Assembly (NCBI GenBank): GCA_038883775.1
Contig: JAVZLM010000004.1
Coordinates: forward strand, 113,442-177,441
Direction: 5' to 3'
Length of the DNA: 64,000 nucleotides
Origin: Candidatus Bathyarchaeia archaeon
Lineage (GTDB): Archaea; Thermoproteota; Bathyarchaeia; Bathyarchaeales; Bathycorpusculaceae
Position 1 is the first letter of the stretch. Each line of letters opens with the position of its first letter. Shown here piece after piece: positions 10,170 to 19,057 of the stretch. The translations under genes and the position numbers were made by a program. The notes under the pieces were generated by a model. That model was not told where the DNA came from and searched no databases. It saw nothing but the letters and a program-made list of their open reading frames with translations.

Positions 10170-11243
10170 GTGGATAGGATAGAAGCTTTAAAACAGAAAG
10201 CTTTCGAACAAAAAGGCTTTGACGGATTTTTGATTGTAAATGAAATTAACGCTTTATACCTTTCGGGGTGCCCCGGATTAGCATGCTTGCTAATACCAAA
10301 AAATGGCGAGAATAAGGCATACGTTTACAATGTCAACTATGAGCAAGCGAAGGCCGAAGCCAAAGGTTTTAATGTTGAGTTGGTGAAGCGCAGCGAAAAT
10401 TTGATGGCAAAAGTTGCAGAGCAAGCGAAAGCTTTCAAAATAAAAAAGTTGGCCATAGACATGCTAAATGTTGAGAATTACCGCAAACTTGCAAAGGAGT
10501 TGAGGGGCAAAGTAAAGCTAAGCTTTAAAGGAAATCTTGTCTGGGAACTGCGCAAGGTTAAGGATGAAGAAGAGCTCGAATATATGCGAAAAGCTGGAAA
10601 AATAACAATGGAAGGAATGAAGGTAGCCTATGAAGTAATTAAGCCTGGCATAAAAGAGATTGAAGCTGCTGCGGAAATAGAATATGCCATGCGAAAGAGA
10701 GATTCTTGGGGAACAGCCTTCGACACCATACTGGCTTCTGGCGTGCGTTCAGCCTTCCCTCACGGAGGCTGCACAGACAAAGAAATTAAAAATGGCGACT
10801 TGGTTGTTGTTGACGTAGGAGCAGCTTACAAGTACTATCGCTCCGACATGACAAGAACCATTGTAGCTGGAAAACCATCAAATAAACAAATCAAACTTTA
10901 CGAGGTTGTTAAAGAGGCGCAGGAAAATGCCTTCCAAGCAGTAAAGCCAAAAGCGAAAGCAAAGGAAATAGATAATGCTGCCAGAAAAGTCATAGAGAAA
11001 GCGGGATATGGAGAATATTTTGTTCACGGATTAGGCCATGGCGTAGGCTTAGAAGTTCATGAACCACCAACGCTGAATCCGGAAAGCAAGGATAAACTAG
11101 CAATTGGAAATGTTGTTACGATAGAGCCTGGCATATATATTATTGGTTTTGGAGGCGTCCGCATTGAAGACACGGTTTTAGTTGGGAGGAGTAAGGCTGA
11201 AAAATTCACAGAAGGCTTCTACACTTTAGAGAGTGCGAAATGA
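10170..11243 (+). CDS. Xaa-Pro peptidase (M24B)
   Basis: DxG...SDMTRT, HGLGHGVGLEVHE, TIEPG and GGVRIED. Confidence 0.93.
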   Translation: MDRIEALKQKAFEQKGFDGFLIVNEINALYLSGCPGLACLLIPKNGENKAYVYNVNYEQAKAEAKGFNVELVKRSENLMAKVAEQAKAFKIKKLAIDMLNVENYRKLAKELRGKVKLSFKGNLVWELRKVKDEEELEYMRKAGKITMEGMKVAYEVIKPGIKEIEAAAEIEYAMRKRDSWGTAFDTILASGVRSAFPHGGCTDKEIKNGDLVVVDVGAAYKYYRSDMTRTIVAGKPSNKQIKLYEVVKEAQENAFQAVKPKAKAKEIDNAARKVIEKAGYGEYFVHGLGHGVGLEVHEPPTLNPESKDKLAIGNVVTIEPGIYIIGFGGVRIEDTVLVGRSKAEKFTEGFYTLESAK

Positions 11244-11253
11244 TTAGCTTAAA

Positions 11254-11269
11254 TATGACATAAGGCATA
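11254..11269. promoter_or_regulatory. candidate operator TATGAC-N4-GGCATA overlapping a TATA-like box
   Basis: TATGACATAAGGCATA; the same motif recurs at 13720 and 18575. Confidence 0.5.
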
Positions 11270-11295
11270 ATCAAAATTGTTAAAGGTGTCGCACT

Positions 11296-11862
11296 TTGAA
11301 TAAAAGTGCAGTAATAATAATCGATATGCTGAATGATTTTGTTACTGGAGACCTAAAATGTGAAAGAGCCAAACACATAATTCCAAACCTTAAAAGACTT
11401 GTAGAAACTGCCCGCAAATATGACGTTCCGGTCATTTACAGCAATGATGCTCACTACCCAAACGATCCAGAAGTCATCCATAAGTGGGGAAAACACGCCA
11501 TAAAAGGAACAAAAGGCGCAGAAGTTATTCCAGAGCTTAAGCCTAAAGAGAAGGATTTTATTGTTGAAAAAAGAACTTACAGCGGGTTCTATGAAACGGG
11601 TTTAGACCCGCTTCTTAGAAGCCTATACAACGGAGAAGGAGCAAAAACAGTGATTTTGGGCGGGTTGCACACACACATATGTGTAAGACACACGGCAGCA
11701 GACGCTTTCTTTAGAGGATACAAAATAATAATAGCGAAAGACGGAGTGGAATCTTTTACGCAAGAAGACCATGAGCAAGGATTGAAGTATTTGGAATATG
11801 TTTACAATGCAAAAATAATGACAGTTGATGAGATTATAAAGGAAATGGGCAAGAAAGCTTAA
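11296..11862 (+). CDS. isochorismatase-family cysteine hydrolase
   Basis: IIDMLNDF, EKRTYSGF and HTHICVRHT (Asp/Lys/Cys triad). Confidence 0.92.
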   Translation: MNKSAVIIIDMLNDFVTGDLKCERAKHIIPNLKRLVETARKYDVPVIYSNDAHYPNDPEVIHKWGKHAIKGTKGAEVIPELKPKEKDFIVEKRTYSGFYETGLDPLLRSLYNGEGAKTVILGGLHTHICVRHTAADAFFRGYKIIIAKDGVESFTQEDHEQGLKYLEYVYNAKIMTVDEIIKEMGKKA

Positions 11863-11874
11863 GCGTGAATCGCT

Positions 11875-12675
11875 ATGGAGAAAAATGTGAGAATTGAAAA
11901 TATTCAAGATTCAAACATAGAAGACCTCATTTACGTTTGCTCTTCTAAAAGGCTAGGAGACCCAATCCATCAGCAAGGCATGGCGCTGAAAAGACAATGG
12001 GTGCATAAGATGCTTAATACTTGGGGGTTATGCGCAAAAATTGCTTACTACAACGAAAAACCTGCCGCCCAAATACTCTATTATCCAGAAGAAGCTGACA
12101 TAACCAAAGGGTTTAGGCGGGAAGGCGTTCTAATAATAAACTGCATTTACAATCCCACTTCTGAAGCGCAGAAAATTGGAATAGGCACAAGATTATTGCG
12201 AGAAGTAATTTTGGATGTTAAAAGGAAGAGGTCATGTTTGGGCGATAAGTCATGCAAATTTATTTTGGCAAAAGCTTTTAGCACTGGCGAATTGCTTCCA
12301 ATGCCAGAATTTTATAAGAGAAATGGTTTTCTCCCAACCCCGGAAGGAGGCATGTTATACCTTCCAGTTGAGGGCAAATATGAACACGTTCCAAAAATGA
12401 AGTATGAGCCTTTAAAAGAGGATAGGGGTAAGGCAATAATATTTTATGGTCCAATATGTCAGTTTTCTTATCCCTTTGCAAAAAGAATAGAGCAAATTAT
12501 CAGAGAAGTTTTACCTAACATAAAAATTGAAATGATAAACGAATGGGAAAAACCTGAAGAATCAATAAAACGCAATTGGTGGCTAATAGTTAATGCCAAG
12601 CCAATACAAACTTTCTTTATGGACACAGAAAATTTCAAAAAAGAAATAAAAGAGGCTGCAAGCCAAAACCTCTAA
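11875..12675 (+). CDS. GNAT-fold protein with thioredoxin-like/YoaP-like C-terminal domain
   Basis: QKIGIGTRLL and FYKRNGF acetyl-CoA motifs; C-terminal PICQFS. Confidence 0.65.
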   Translation: MEKNVRIENIQDSNIEDLIYVCSSKRLGDPIHQQGMALKRQWVHKMLNTWGLCAKIAYYNEKPAAQILYYPEEADITKGFRREGVLIINCIYNPTSEAQKIGIGTRLLREVILDVKRKRSCLGDKSCKFILAKAFSTGELLPMPEFYKRNGFLPTPEGGMLYLPVEGKYEHVPKMKYEPLKEDRGKAIIFYGPICQFSYPFAKRIEQIIREVLPNIKIEMINEWEKPEESIKRNWWLIVNAKPIQTFFMDTENFKKEIKEAASQNL

Positions 12676-12712
12676 TTACCTACGAAATTATTAATGAATA
12701 GTTGTGACTGGC

Positions 12713-13156
12713 ATGGCTAAGTTTCTTATTCTTTATTATAGCCGAACTGGGAACACTGAGAAGATGGCTAAGGCTGTGACGGAAGGCGCCAAAGCTGTGC
12801 AAGGGGTTAGTGTGGAAATAGCTTATTATGTGGCTGTTGAAAATTTAACAAGTTTTGACGCTTTAGCCTTTGGGGTTCCAACTTATCATCATGACATGCC
12901 TTTGAATATGAAGAATCTTTTAGAAGAGGCAGCAGTTAAGAAAATCGCCTTAAAAGGAAAAATCGGAGCCGCATTTGGTTCTTATGGTTGGAGCGGTGAG
13001 GCGCCACGTTTGGTTCTTGAAATTTTGAAGAACAAGTTTGAAATAGAAGTTGTTGAGCCGCCACTTCTAATCAAGTACACACCAGACAGTGATGGTTTAG
13101 AAAAATGTAGAGTGTTTGGAAGGAAAGTTGCCGAAAGACTTATGCACCTAAGCTAA
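12713..13156 (+). CDS. flavodoxin-like protein
   Basis: YYSRTGNTEKMA, GVPTY and AFGSYGWSG. Confidence 0.92.
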   Translation: MAKFLILYYSRTGNTEKMAKAVTEGAKAVQGVSVEIAYYVAVENLTSFDALAFGVPTYHHDMPLNMKNLLEEAAVKKIALKGKIGAAFGSYGWSGEAPRLVLEILKNKFEIEVVEPPLLIKYTPDSDGLEKCRVFGRKVAERLMHLS

Positions 13157-13180
13157 CATGTTTTAGTGAAGGCGAATATT

Positions 13181-13660
13181 ATGAAAACGAAAAATGAATT
13201 GATCGAGTTTATGAAGAGGCAGATTAAGGTTGAAAATGAGATTGTGGACTCGCTGAACAATGCGTTAATTGACATTAAAAACCCGCCTGTAAAAGGAGTT
13301 TTGAAGGGCATATCCTTAGACTCTTTGAAGCATGCTGAAATGTATGCTGCAGCCACAGAATTATTGACAAGGGTTTCCCAGGCCATAACGCAAGAGCAAC
13401 TGGACAAGCAGAAAGCGGTTGTGGAAAAGCACATACGTATGGAAGCTGAGCTTATCAAGAAAATTAGTAACGTTTTGCCAACGGTTGAAGATGAGAAGGT
13501 TAGGCTTCTTTTGAGCGCCATTTTGGAGGATGAGAAGAGGCATCATGGACTGTTGAAAATGGTTTTGGAGATTCTTGTTCGCGGTGAAGCCATAACAGAG
13601 GCTGACTGGTGGGATTTGCTTTGGAAGAATGTTCCGTTTCATGGTGCTCCTGGAGGATAA
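13181..13660 (+). CDS. ferritin/rubrerythrin-like di-iron protein
   Basis: DSLKH and EDEKRHH (D/ExxH) motifs in a four-helix pattern. Confidence 0.75.
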   Translation: MKTKNELIEFMKRQIKVENEIVDSLNNALIDIKNPPVKGVLKGISLDSLKHAEMYAAATELLTRVSQAITQEQLDKQKAVVEKHIRMEAELIKKISNVLPTVEDEKVRLLLSAILEDEKRHHGLLKMVLEILVRGEAITEADWWDLLWKNVPFHGAPGG

Positions 13661-13719
13661 AACCACATTATTGACTAAAACGTGTACTCTTTTTCGGTTT
13701 TGTTAACCGATAAGCTTTT

Positions 13720-13735
13720 TATGACGTATGGCATA
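13720..13735. promoter_or_regulatory. candidate operator TATGAC-N4-GGCATA upstream of the Cu-ATPase
   Basis: TATGACGTATGGCATA overlapping the TATA-like TTTTTAT, ending about 30 bp before the ATG. Confidence 0.5.
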
Positions 13736-13764
13736 CTAACAATTGATGCTGATAAAGTGATAAA

Positions 13765-15885
13765 ATGCACCATCAACACCATGCCCACCACATCCAAGAA
13801 TTCAAAAACAAGTTCTGGATTTCCCTCATCCTGACAATACCAATTCTGCTTCTATCAGAAATGATACAAACATGGTTTCCAATTCTCCAAGCATTACAAA
13901 TGCCATTCAAAAAAGAAATCCTACTCTTCCTATCCCTAATCGTTTACGTCTATTGCGGATTACCGTTTCTAAAAGGATTAATGGATGAGATAAAGGCTCG
14001 CCAGCCAGGAATGATGACCCTCATAGGAACAGCCATAACAGTAGCCTTCACCTACTCTGCTGGAACAGTTTTCCTTCCATTAGGCATGGACTTCTTTTGG
14101 GAACTTGCCACGCTTATAGATGTTATGCTTTTGGGACATTGGATAGAAGCCAAAAGCGTCATGGGTGCTTCAATGGCGCTGGAAGAACTGGTTAGGATAA
14201 TGCCAACCACAGCCCACCGTATAAAAAACAGCGAAGTCGAAGACATCCCAGTTTCAGAGTTACGTGTCGGCGACAAGGTTCTTGTTCGTCCAGGCGAGAA
14301 AATACCATCAGACGGCATTGTTGTTGAAGGCGAATCCTCAGTCAACGAGGCGCTGTTAACTGGAGAATCCAAACCCATCCCAAAAAGCGTGAGAGACAAA
14401 GTTATTGGTGGCGCAATAAACGGCGAAGGCGTTTTGAAAGTGCGCATAGAAAAGACTGGGGAGGAAACCTACCTATCCCAAGTTATAAAGCTTGTTAGAC
14501 AAGCTCAAGAAAGCAAGTCGCGAACTCAGGATTTAGCGAATAGGGCTGCAGCCCTTCTCTTTTATGTGGCTCTTGGAGTTGCAATAATAACCTATACAGT
14601 TTGGTTTTTTCTGGGATTTAGCGACGTAGCCCTTGAAAGAACAGTCACAGTTTTGGTTATTGCATGTCCCCACGCCCTCGGTTTGGCAATTCCATTAGTT
14701 GTTGCCCTTTCAACTTCAATAACCGCCAAAAGTGGGATACTTATTCGTGACAGAAAAGCCTTTGAAATGGTTAAAGACGTAAATGCCATAGTCTTCGACA
14801 AGACTGGAACATTGACTTTGGGCAACTTCGGCGTCAGCGACATAGTTTCTTTTATTCCAAAAAATGAACTTTTAAAACTAACATCAAGCGTCGAATTGAA
14901 TTCGGAGCATACAATAGCCAAAGCCATCTTAGAATATGCAAAGGAAAATGGCATCCAAATTCCAAAAGCTAAAGAGTTTAAGGCATTACCTGGAAAAGGC
15001 GCTTATGGAAAAGTTGGAAAAAGCGAAGTTTACGTTGGAAGCGTAAACCTTCTCAATGAAATGAAAATAAACGTAAACGATGAAAGAATAAAGGAGCTGC
15101 AAGAACAGGGAAAAACTGTAGTTTTTACTGTGGTTGATGGGAAGCTTGCTGGTGCCTTGGCGCTTTCCGACAGAATAAGGGAAGAATCTTTCGAGGCTGT
15201 TAGAAAGCTTAGGGAGAAGGGATTAAAGGTTTACATGCTCACTGGGGATTCTGAAGATGTTGCCCGTTGGGTTGCGAAAGAGCTCGGCATAGATGATTAT
15301 TTCGCCCAAGTTTTGCCAGACAAAAAAGCAGAAAAAATAACATATCTAAAAGAAAACGGCTATAAAGTCGCAATGGTAGGCGACGGGATAAACGACGCTC
15401 CAGCCCTCGTCACAGCCGATGTGGGCATAGCCATAGGCGCCGGCACAGACGTAGCCATCGAGAGCGCAGACATAATTCTAGTAAGAAACGACCCAAGAGA
15501 CGTTCCAAAAGTCATAGACCTTTCCAAAAAGACATATTCCAAGATGGTTCAAAATTTATGGTGGGCAGCAGGCTACAACATAATCACTTTGCCTTTGGCG
15601 GCTAGTAGTGTAAATCTAAATCCGGCAATAGGAGCAATTGTTATGTCTTTAAGCACCATAATAGTGGCGTTTAATGCTCAAACCTTAAGAAAATATGAGC
15701 CGGCGGAGGTGAAGTTGATGGCGAAAAAGAAACAATTAGTCACAGACCCAGTTTGTGGAATGAAAATAGAACCAGAAATAGCCTACAGCAAAATTGAATA
15801 TGAAGGGCATATGGTTTATTTCTGTTCAAAACATTGTGAAGAAGAGTTTAAGAAGAATCCAAAGAAATACAAAACAAGAAAGTAG
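13765..15885 (+). CDS. copB: copper-translocating P1B-3 ATPase (CopB-like) with C-terminal YHS/TRASH domain
   Basis: His-rich N-terminus, TGES, CPHALG, DKTGT, GDGIND, YN and MSLS; C-terminal DPVCGM...YFCS. Confidence 0.9.
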   Translation: MHHQHHAHHIQEFKNKFWISLILTIPILLLSEMIQTWFPILQALQMPFKKEILLFLSLIVYVYCGLPFLKGLMDEIKARQPGMMTLIGTAITVAFTYSAGTVFLPLGMDFFWELATLIDVMLLGHWIEAKSVMGASMALEELVRIMPTTAHRIKNSEVEDIPVSELRVGDKVLVRPGEKIPSDGIVVEGESSVNEALLTGESKPIPKSVRDKVIGGAINGEGVLKVRIEKTGEETYLSQVIKLVRQAQESKSRTQDLANRAAALLFYVALGVAIITYTVWFFLGFSDVALERTVTVLVIACPHALGLAIPLVVALSTSITAKSGILIRDRKAFEMVKDVNAIVFDKTGTLTLGNFGVSDIVSFIPKNELLKLTSSVELNSEHTIAKAILEYAKENGIQIPKAKEFKALPGKGAYGKVGKSEVYVGSVNLLNEMKINVNDERIKELQEQGKTVVFTVVDGKLAGALALSDRIREESFEAVRKLREKGLKVYMLTGDSEDVARWVAKELGIDDYFAQVLPDKKAEKITYLKENGYKVAMVGDGINDAPALVTADVGIAIGAGTDVAIESADIILVRNDPRDVPKVIDLSKKTYSKMVQNLWWAAGYNIITLPLAASSVNLNPAIGAIVMSLSTIIVAFNAQTLRKYEPAEVKLMAKKKQLVTDPVCGMKIEPEIAYSKIEYEGHMVYFCSKHCEEEFKKNPKKYKTRK

Positions 15886-15930
15886 AAAGGTTTAATTGCG
15901 CCTGAAAGTTTATTCACACGGGTATAAAGT

Positions 15931-16122
15931 TTGGTTAAAATAGTAATTGATTATGCAAAATGCGTTGGAGACGCCGACAGAATCTGCGTTGAAATTTGTC
16001 CAGTTTACGTTTTCCGCGATGAAAAGACAAAGAAGCCAACTGTTGTAAACGAAGAAAATTGTATTTTGTGCAGAACATGCGAAGTCAACTGTCCAAGCCA
16101 AGCAATAAAAATTCAAACCTAA
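15931..16122 (+). CDS. small dicluster-type ferredoxin
   Basis: CVGDADRICVEICP and CILCRTCEVNCP. Confidence 0.88.
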   Translation: MVKIVIDYAKCVGDADRICVEICPVYVFRDEKTKKPTVVNEENCILCRTCEVNCPSQAIKIQT

Positions 16123-16133
16123 ACTCACAAAAC

Positions 16134-17546
16134 TCACAAAATTCTCAACAATTTGCCTTCCTTGCTTCTTATTTCAACCATCAATCTCTCATTAGCGTTT
16201 CTTGTGGCACATTTTATGCAGGGGTCGTAAGCCCTTATCACCATCTCAATCCTATTCAAGAGACCAGGCTTAATTTCGCCTTTTTGAATGAACTCCATTG
16301 CCGCATCTTTCACATTAACGTTTATAGCCGCATTATTCACTTGAGTTGGTATTATCAACTTCATATTTTTTAGACGTCCATTTCTGGAAATTTCATACTC
16401 GTGGGCGAGGGTTCCCCTTGGAGCCTCAACAACTCCTATGGCTTTTCCGCCTTTAGGTTTAACTTTAACTCTAGTGTTTGTTCGTGTTATGGTTTCGTCT
16501 TCTAAAAGTTCTTTTACCTTTTCGCATGCATAAATTAGGTCTATAAGGCGGGCATAATCAAATAGGAGAGTGGCATGGGCTGGAGTTCCAAATTTTCTTT
16601 TAAACTCTTCCAGTTCTTTTTTGGCGATGTTTGTTGTGGTTTTTTTGTTTATGTTCATTCTGGCTGTTGGTCCAACTTGAACTATGCCTTCTGGCAAGCC
16701 TAAGGTTTTTAGGTAGGCAAATTTTGCATAGGTCCATTTGTAACGTTTTTCTTCTATGTGTTGCATGTAATCTTGCGCTGGAAATTTGTATAAGGTTTCG
16801 CCTTGAGGATTAATGATGCATATTTCGCCATCATAAAATTCTAAGGCGTCATCCTTCGTCAAAGCCATGTAATGGGTTTTATAGTCTCCGGCTTTTTTAA
16901 AATCTTGCCAGTTTTTGTAGAAAAGTTCCTTTCCAAGCTCGAAAGCTTCCTTGGTGATTTCACATGCATCTCGTGCCTTTTTTAGAAGTTCTTCTCTTTC
17001 TCTTTCCTTTAGCGGGTTGATTAAGCCTCCTGGTATGGTTGAGATTATGTGAACTTCCCGTTTTCCGACAACGTCTAATATTTGTGCTCCAAAGCTTCTA
17101 AGCATGATGGCTTTTTTTCCTATTTCTAGTTTTTCCCGCATTATTTGGAAAACATTCCTCTTTGAAGGATTTTCTTCTGGAGAAAACCAAAAGTCTGGGA
17201 GTGTTAGGAAAAAGAAAACTAAAGAGTGGTTGCTTATTATTTGTCCCATGAGTAGGAGTTCGCGAAGTTTTTTGGCTGTTTCCGTTATTTCTGTTCCATA
17301 AATATTCTCTATGGTTTTAACAGAGGCAATAATGTGGGCTGTAGAGCAGACTCCGCATATTCTAGAAATTATGAATGGTAGCCTTTCCGCTTCCATTCCC
17401 TTTACGAAGTAGTCGAAGCCTCTGATTTCTGTGGCGTAAAAGTATGCGTCTGAAACGTTGCCGAACTCGTCAAGGATTATTGTTACTTTTCCATGACCCT
17501 CAATTCTTGTTGTTGGTGAAATTGTTATTTCTTTATGGCTGCTCAA
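16134..17546 (-). CDS. [NiFe] hydrogenase large subunit, group 3-like (MvhA/HydA family)
   Basis: TRIEGHG, RICGVC, APRG and DPCIKC, plus a C-terminal extension. Confidence 0.92.
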   Translation of the reverse strand: MSSHKEITISPTTRIEGHGKVTIILDEFGNVSDAYFYATEIRGFDYFVKGMEAERLPFIISRICGVCSTAHIIASVKTIENIYGTEITETAKKLRELLLMGQIISNHSLVFFFLTLPDFWFSPEENPSKRNVFQIMREKLEIGKKAIMLRSFGAQILDVVGKREVHIISTIPGGLINPLKEREREELLKKARDACEITKEAFELGKELFYKNWQDFKKAGDYKTHYMALTKDDALEFYDGEICIINPQGETLYKFPAQDYMQHIEEKRYKWTYAKFAYLKTLGLPEGIVQVGPTARMNINKKTTTNIAKKELEEFKRKFGTPAHATLLFDYARLIDLIYACEKVKELLEDETITRTNTRVKVKPKGGKAIGVVEAPRGTLAHEYEISRNGRLKNMKLIIPTQVNNAAINVNVKDAAMEFIQKGEIKPGLLNRIEMVIRAYDPCIKCATRNANERLMVEIRSKEGKLLRIL

Positions 17547-18406
17547 ATGATCCTCTCCCTTGCTTTGGAACGTGCGAATTTTGAGAAAATGAATGTGTGG
17601 AAAATGAAGGGGTTGCGGTAAAGCTCCTCTTTCACCTTCTCTTCTGGAATACTGGTTCTTTTTGAAATTACTTTGACGAGAAAAGCGTACATATCCCTCG
17701 ACCTATATAATAAGGAATCAGCGGGACCCCTACATCCGAAACATGTAAAACAAGCCCTTGGACATGGTGCTCCGCATCCGTCCCTTGTAAGAGAACCAAG
17801 GCATATGAAGCCTTGGCTTACTAGGCATAATTCTGGATTTGCTTCTTTCTCGTATATCCCATAAAGGCGGTCAAGTTTTGCTGGAATGATTTTTCTGTGG
17901 CATTCTGTGCAGACAACGCTTTGATGTCGAAGGGGTGCTTTTCCGCTTACTATGCTTTTTAAACTGTGGACTATTAGGAATGGCATGGGTGGGCATCCTG
18001 GAATATAATAGTCGACATCGACGAAATTACATATGGGATACATTAAATCCTTTGGTTCTGGAAGTGTGCTTGAAAGTTGGATAGAATATTCCTTTTCTAA
18101 AAGCTTCTTAACGGATAACAAATTGCCAAGGCTTGTTATTCCGCCGTGGGTTGCGCATATTCCTAAAGCCACGAGAATTTTGGATTTAGCCCGCACCTCT
18201 CTAATCAATTTTTCGTCATCGGTTGTCCGAACTCCACCTTCAACGATGGCTAAGTCAACTTCTGAAATTTCCTTCAAATCCATAAAAGTTGGGGAATAAA
18301 CTATCTCGAAATCTCCTAAAAGAATTTCGTATAAGGCGTCACCAGCGTTTAAGAAAGATGATATGCATCCGGCGCAGCATGTCAAAGAAATTATGTTAAC
18401 TTTCAC
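17543..18406 (-). CDS. [NiFe] hydrogenase small subunit (MvhG/HydD family)
   Basis: CAGC, EGGV, GICATHGG, PGCPP and a distal Cys cluster (CTEC...CLG...GCGAPCP...CFGCRG). Confidence 0.92.
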   Translation of the reverse strand: MKVNIISLTCCAGCISSFLNAGDALYEILLGDFEIVYSPTFMDLKEISEVDLAIVEGGVRTTDDEKLIREVRAKSKILVALGICATHGGITSLGNLLSVKKLLEKEYSIQLSSTLPEPKDLMYPICNFVDVDYYIPGCPPMPFLIVHSLKSIVSGKAPLRHQSVVCTECHRKIIPAKLDRLYGIYEKEANPELCLVSQGFICLGSLTRDGCGAPCPRACFTCFGCRGPADSLLYRSRDMYAFLVKVISKRTSIPEEKVKEELYRNPFIFHTFIFSKFARSKARERII

Positions 18407-18487
18407 TTGTGTATCACGCTCAATTTAGAATTATCGTTATGAGTTATGTTTTGAGATTCTTAAAATTTTTCTGCTTAAAGTTTTGGC

Positions 18488-18565
18488 GTATGCCACGACT
18501 TTTGAGGAGAAAGGAGAGTTTGGTTTAAAATTAGATTAGTTATTGTTTGGTTTGTCGTGGCATAC
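18488..18565. repeat. 12-bp perfect inverted repeat (GTATGCCACGAC / GTCGTGGCATAC) in a divergent promoter region
   Basis: 18488-18499 is the reverse complement of 18554-18565. Confidence 0.75.
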
Positions 18566-18574
18566 TTAAAGTGT

Positions 18575-18590
18575 TATGACATACGTCATG
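18575..18590. promoter_or_regulatory. candidate operator TATGAC-N4-GTCATG abutting a TATA box
   Basis: TATGACATACGTCATG immediately followed by CTTAAATA, upstream of the HTH regulator. Confidence 0.55.
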
Positions 18591-18634
18591 CTTAAATACT
18601 TTTCCCAACAAAATATCTGAGCGGTGCATAAAAC

Positions 18635-19024
18635 TTGATAATTCCATGCGAAATCGCTGTAAAATCCGTCATACCAGCAGTAAAGGCGTTAATAGCAATA
18701 CAACTCGTGGAAAAGCATGGTCTAAAACAGGAAAAGGTTGCAGAAATTTTGGGAATATCTCAAAGCGCCGTAAGCAAATATGCTCGAAAAGTTAGAGGTT
18801 ACGCAATAAAAATTGACAGCATAGAAGAAGTAGAACCCTTAATAGAGAAAATGGTGAATTTTCTTGAGAATGGGAATTATCAAAGAACGGAATTTCTGAA
18901 AGTTTTCTGTCAAACATGCATGGTTATAAGAAAAATGGGCATCATGTGCCAATTCTGTCAAAAAACGGAGCCAAAAACAATCATAAGAGAGTGTGATTTT
19001 TGTTTAGCGATAAAAACTTATTAG
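18635..19024 (+). CDS. HTH transcriptional regulator (COG2522-like) with Cys-rich C-terminus
   Basis: PCE...P start, HTH QEKVAEILGISQSAVSKY, then CxxC, CxxC and CxxC. Confidence 0.82.
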   Translation: MIIPCEIAVKSVIPAVKALIAIQLVEKHGLKQEKVAEILGISQSAVSKYARKVRGYAIKIDSIEEVEPLIEKMVNFLENGNYQRTEFLKVFCQTCMVIRKMGIMCQFCQKTEPKTIIRECDFCLAIKTY

Positions 19025-19057
19025 AATAAAAAATGAAAGGTTTAGAGGTGAAAGTGA

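Noticed and set aside
16121-16138. AAACTCACA x2 tandem repeat between convergent genes
   Set aside because: Too short; likely slippage in a terminator region.
16134-17546. Selenocysteine recoding in the hydrogenase
   Set aside because: All Ni-site ligands are ordinary Cys codons and there is no in-frame TGA.
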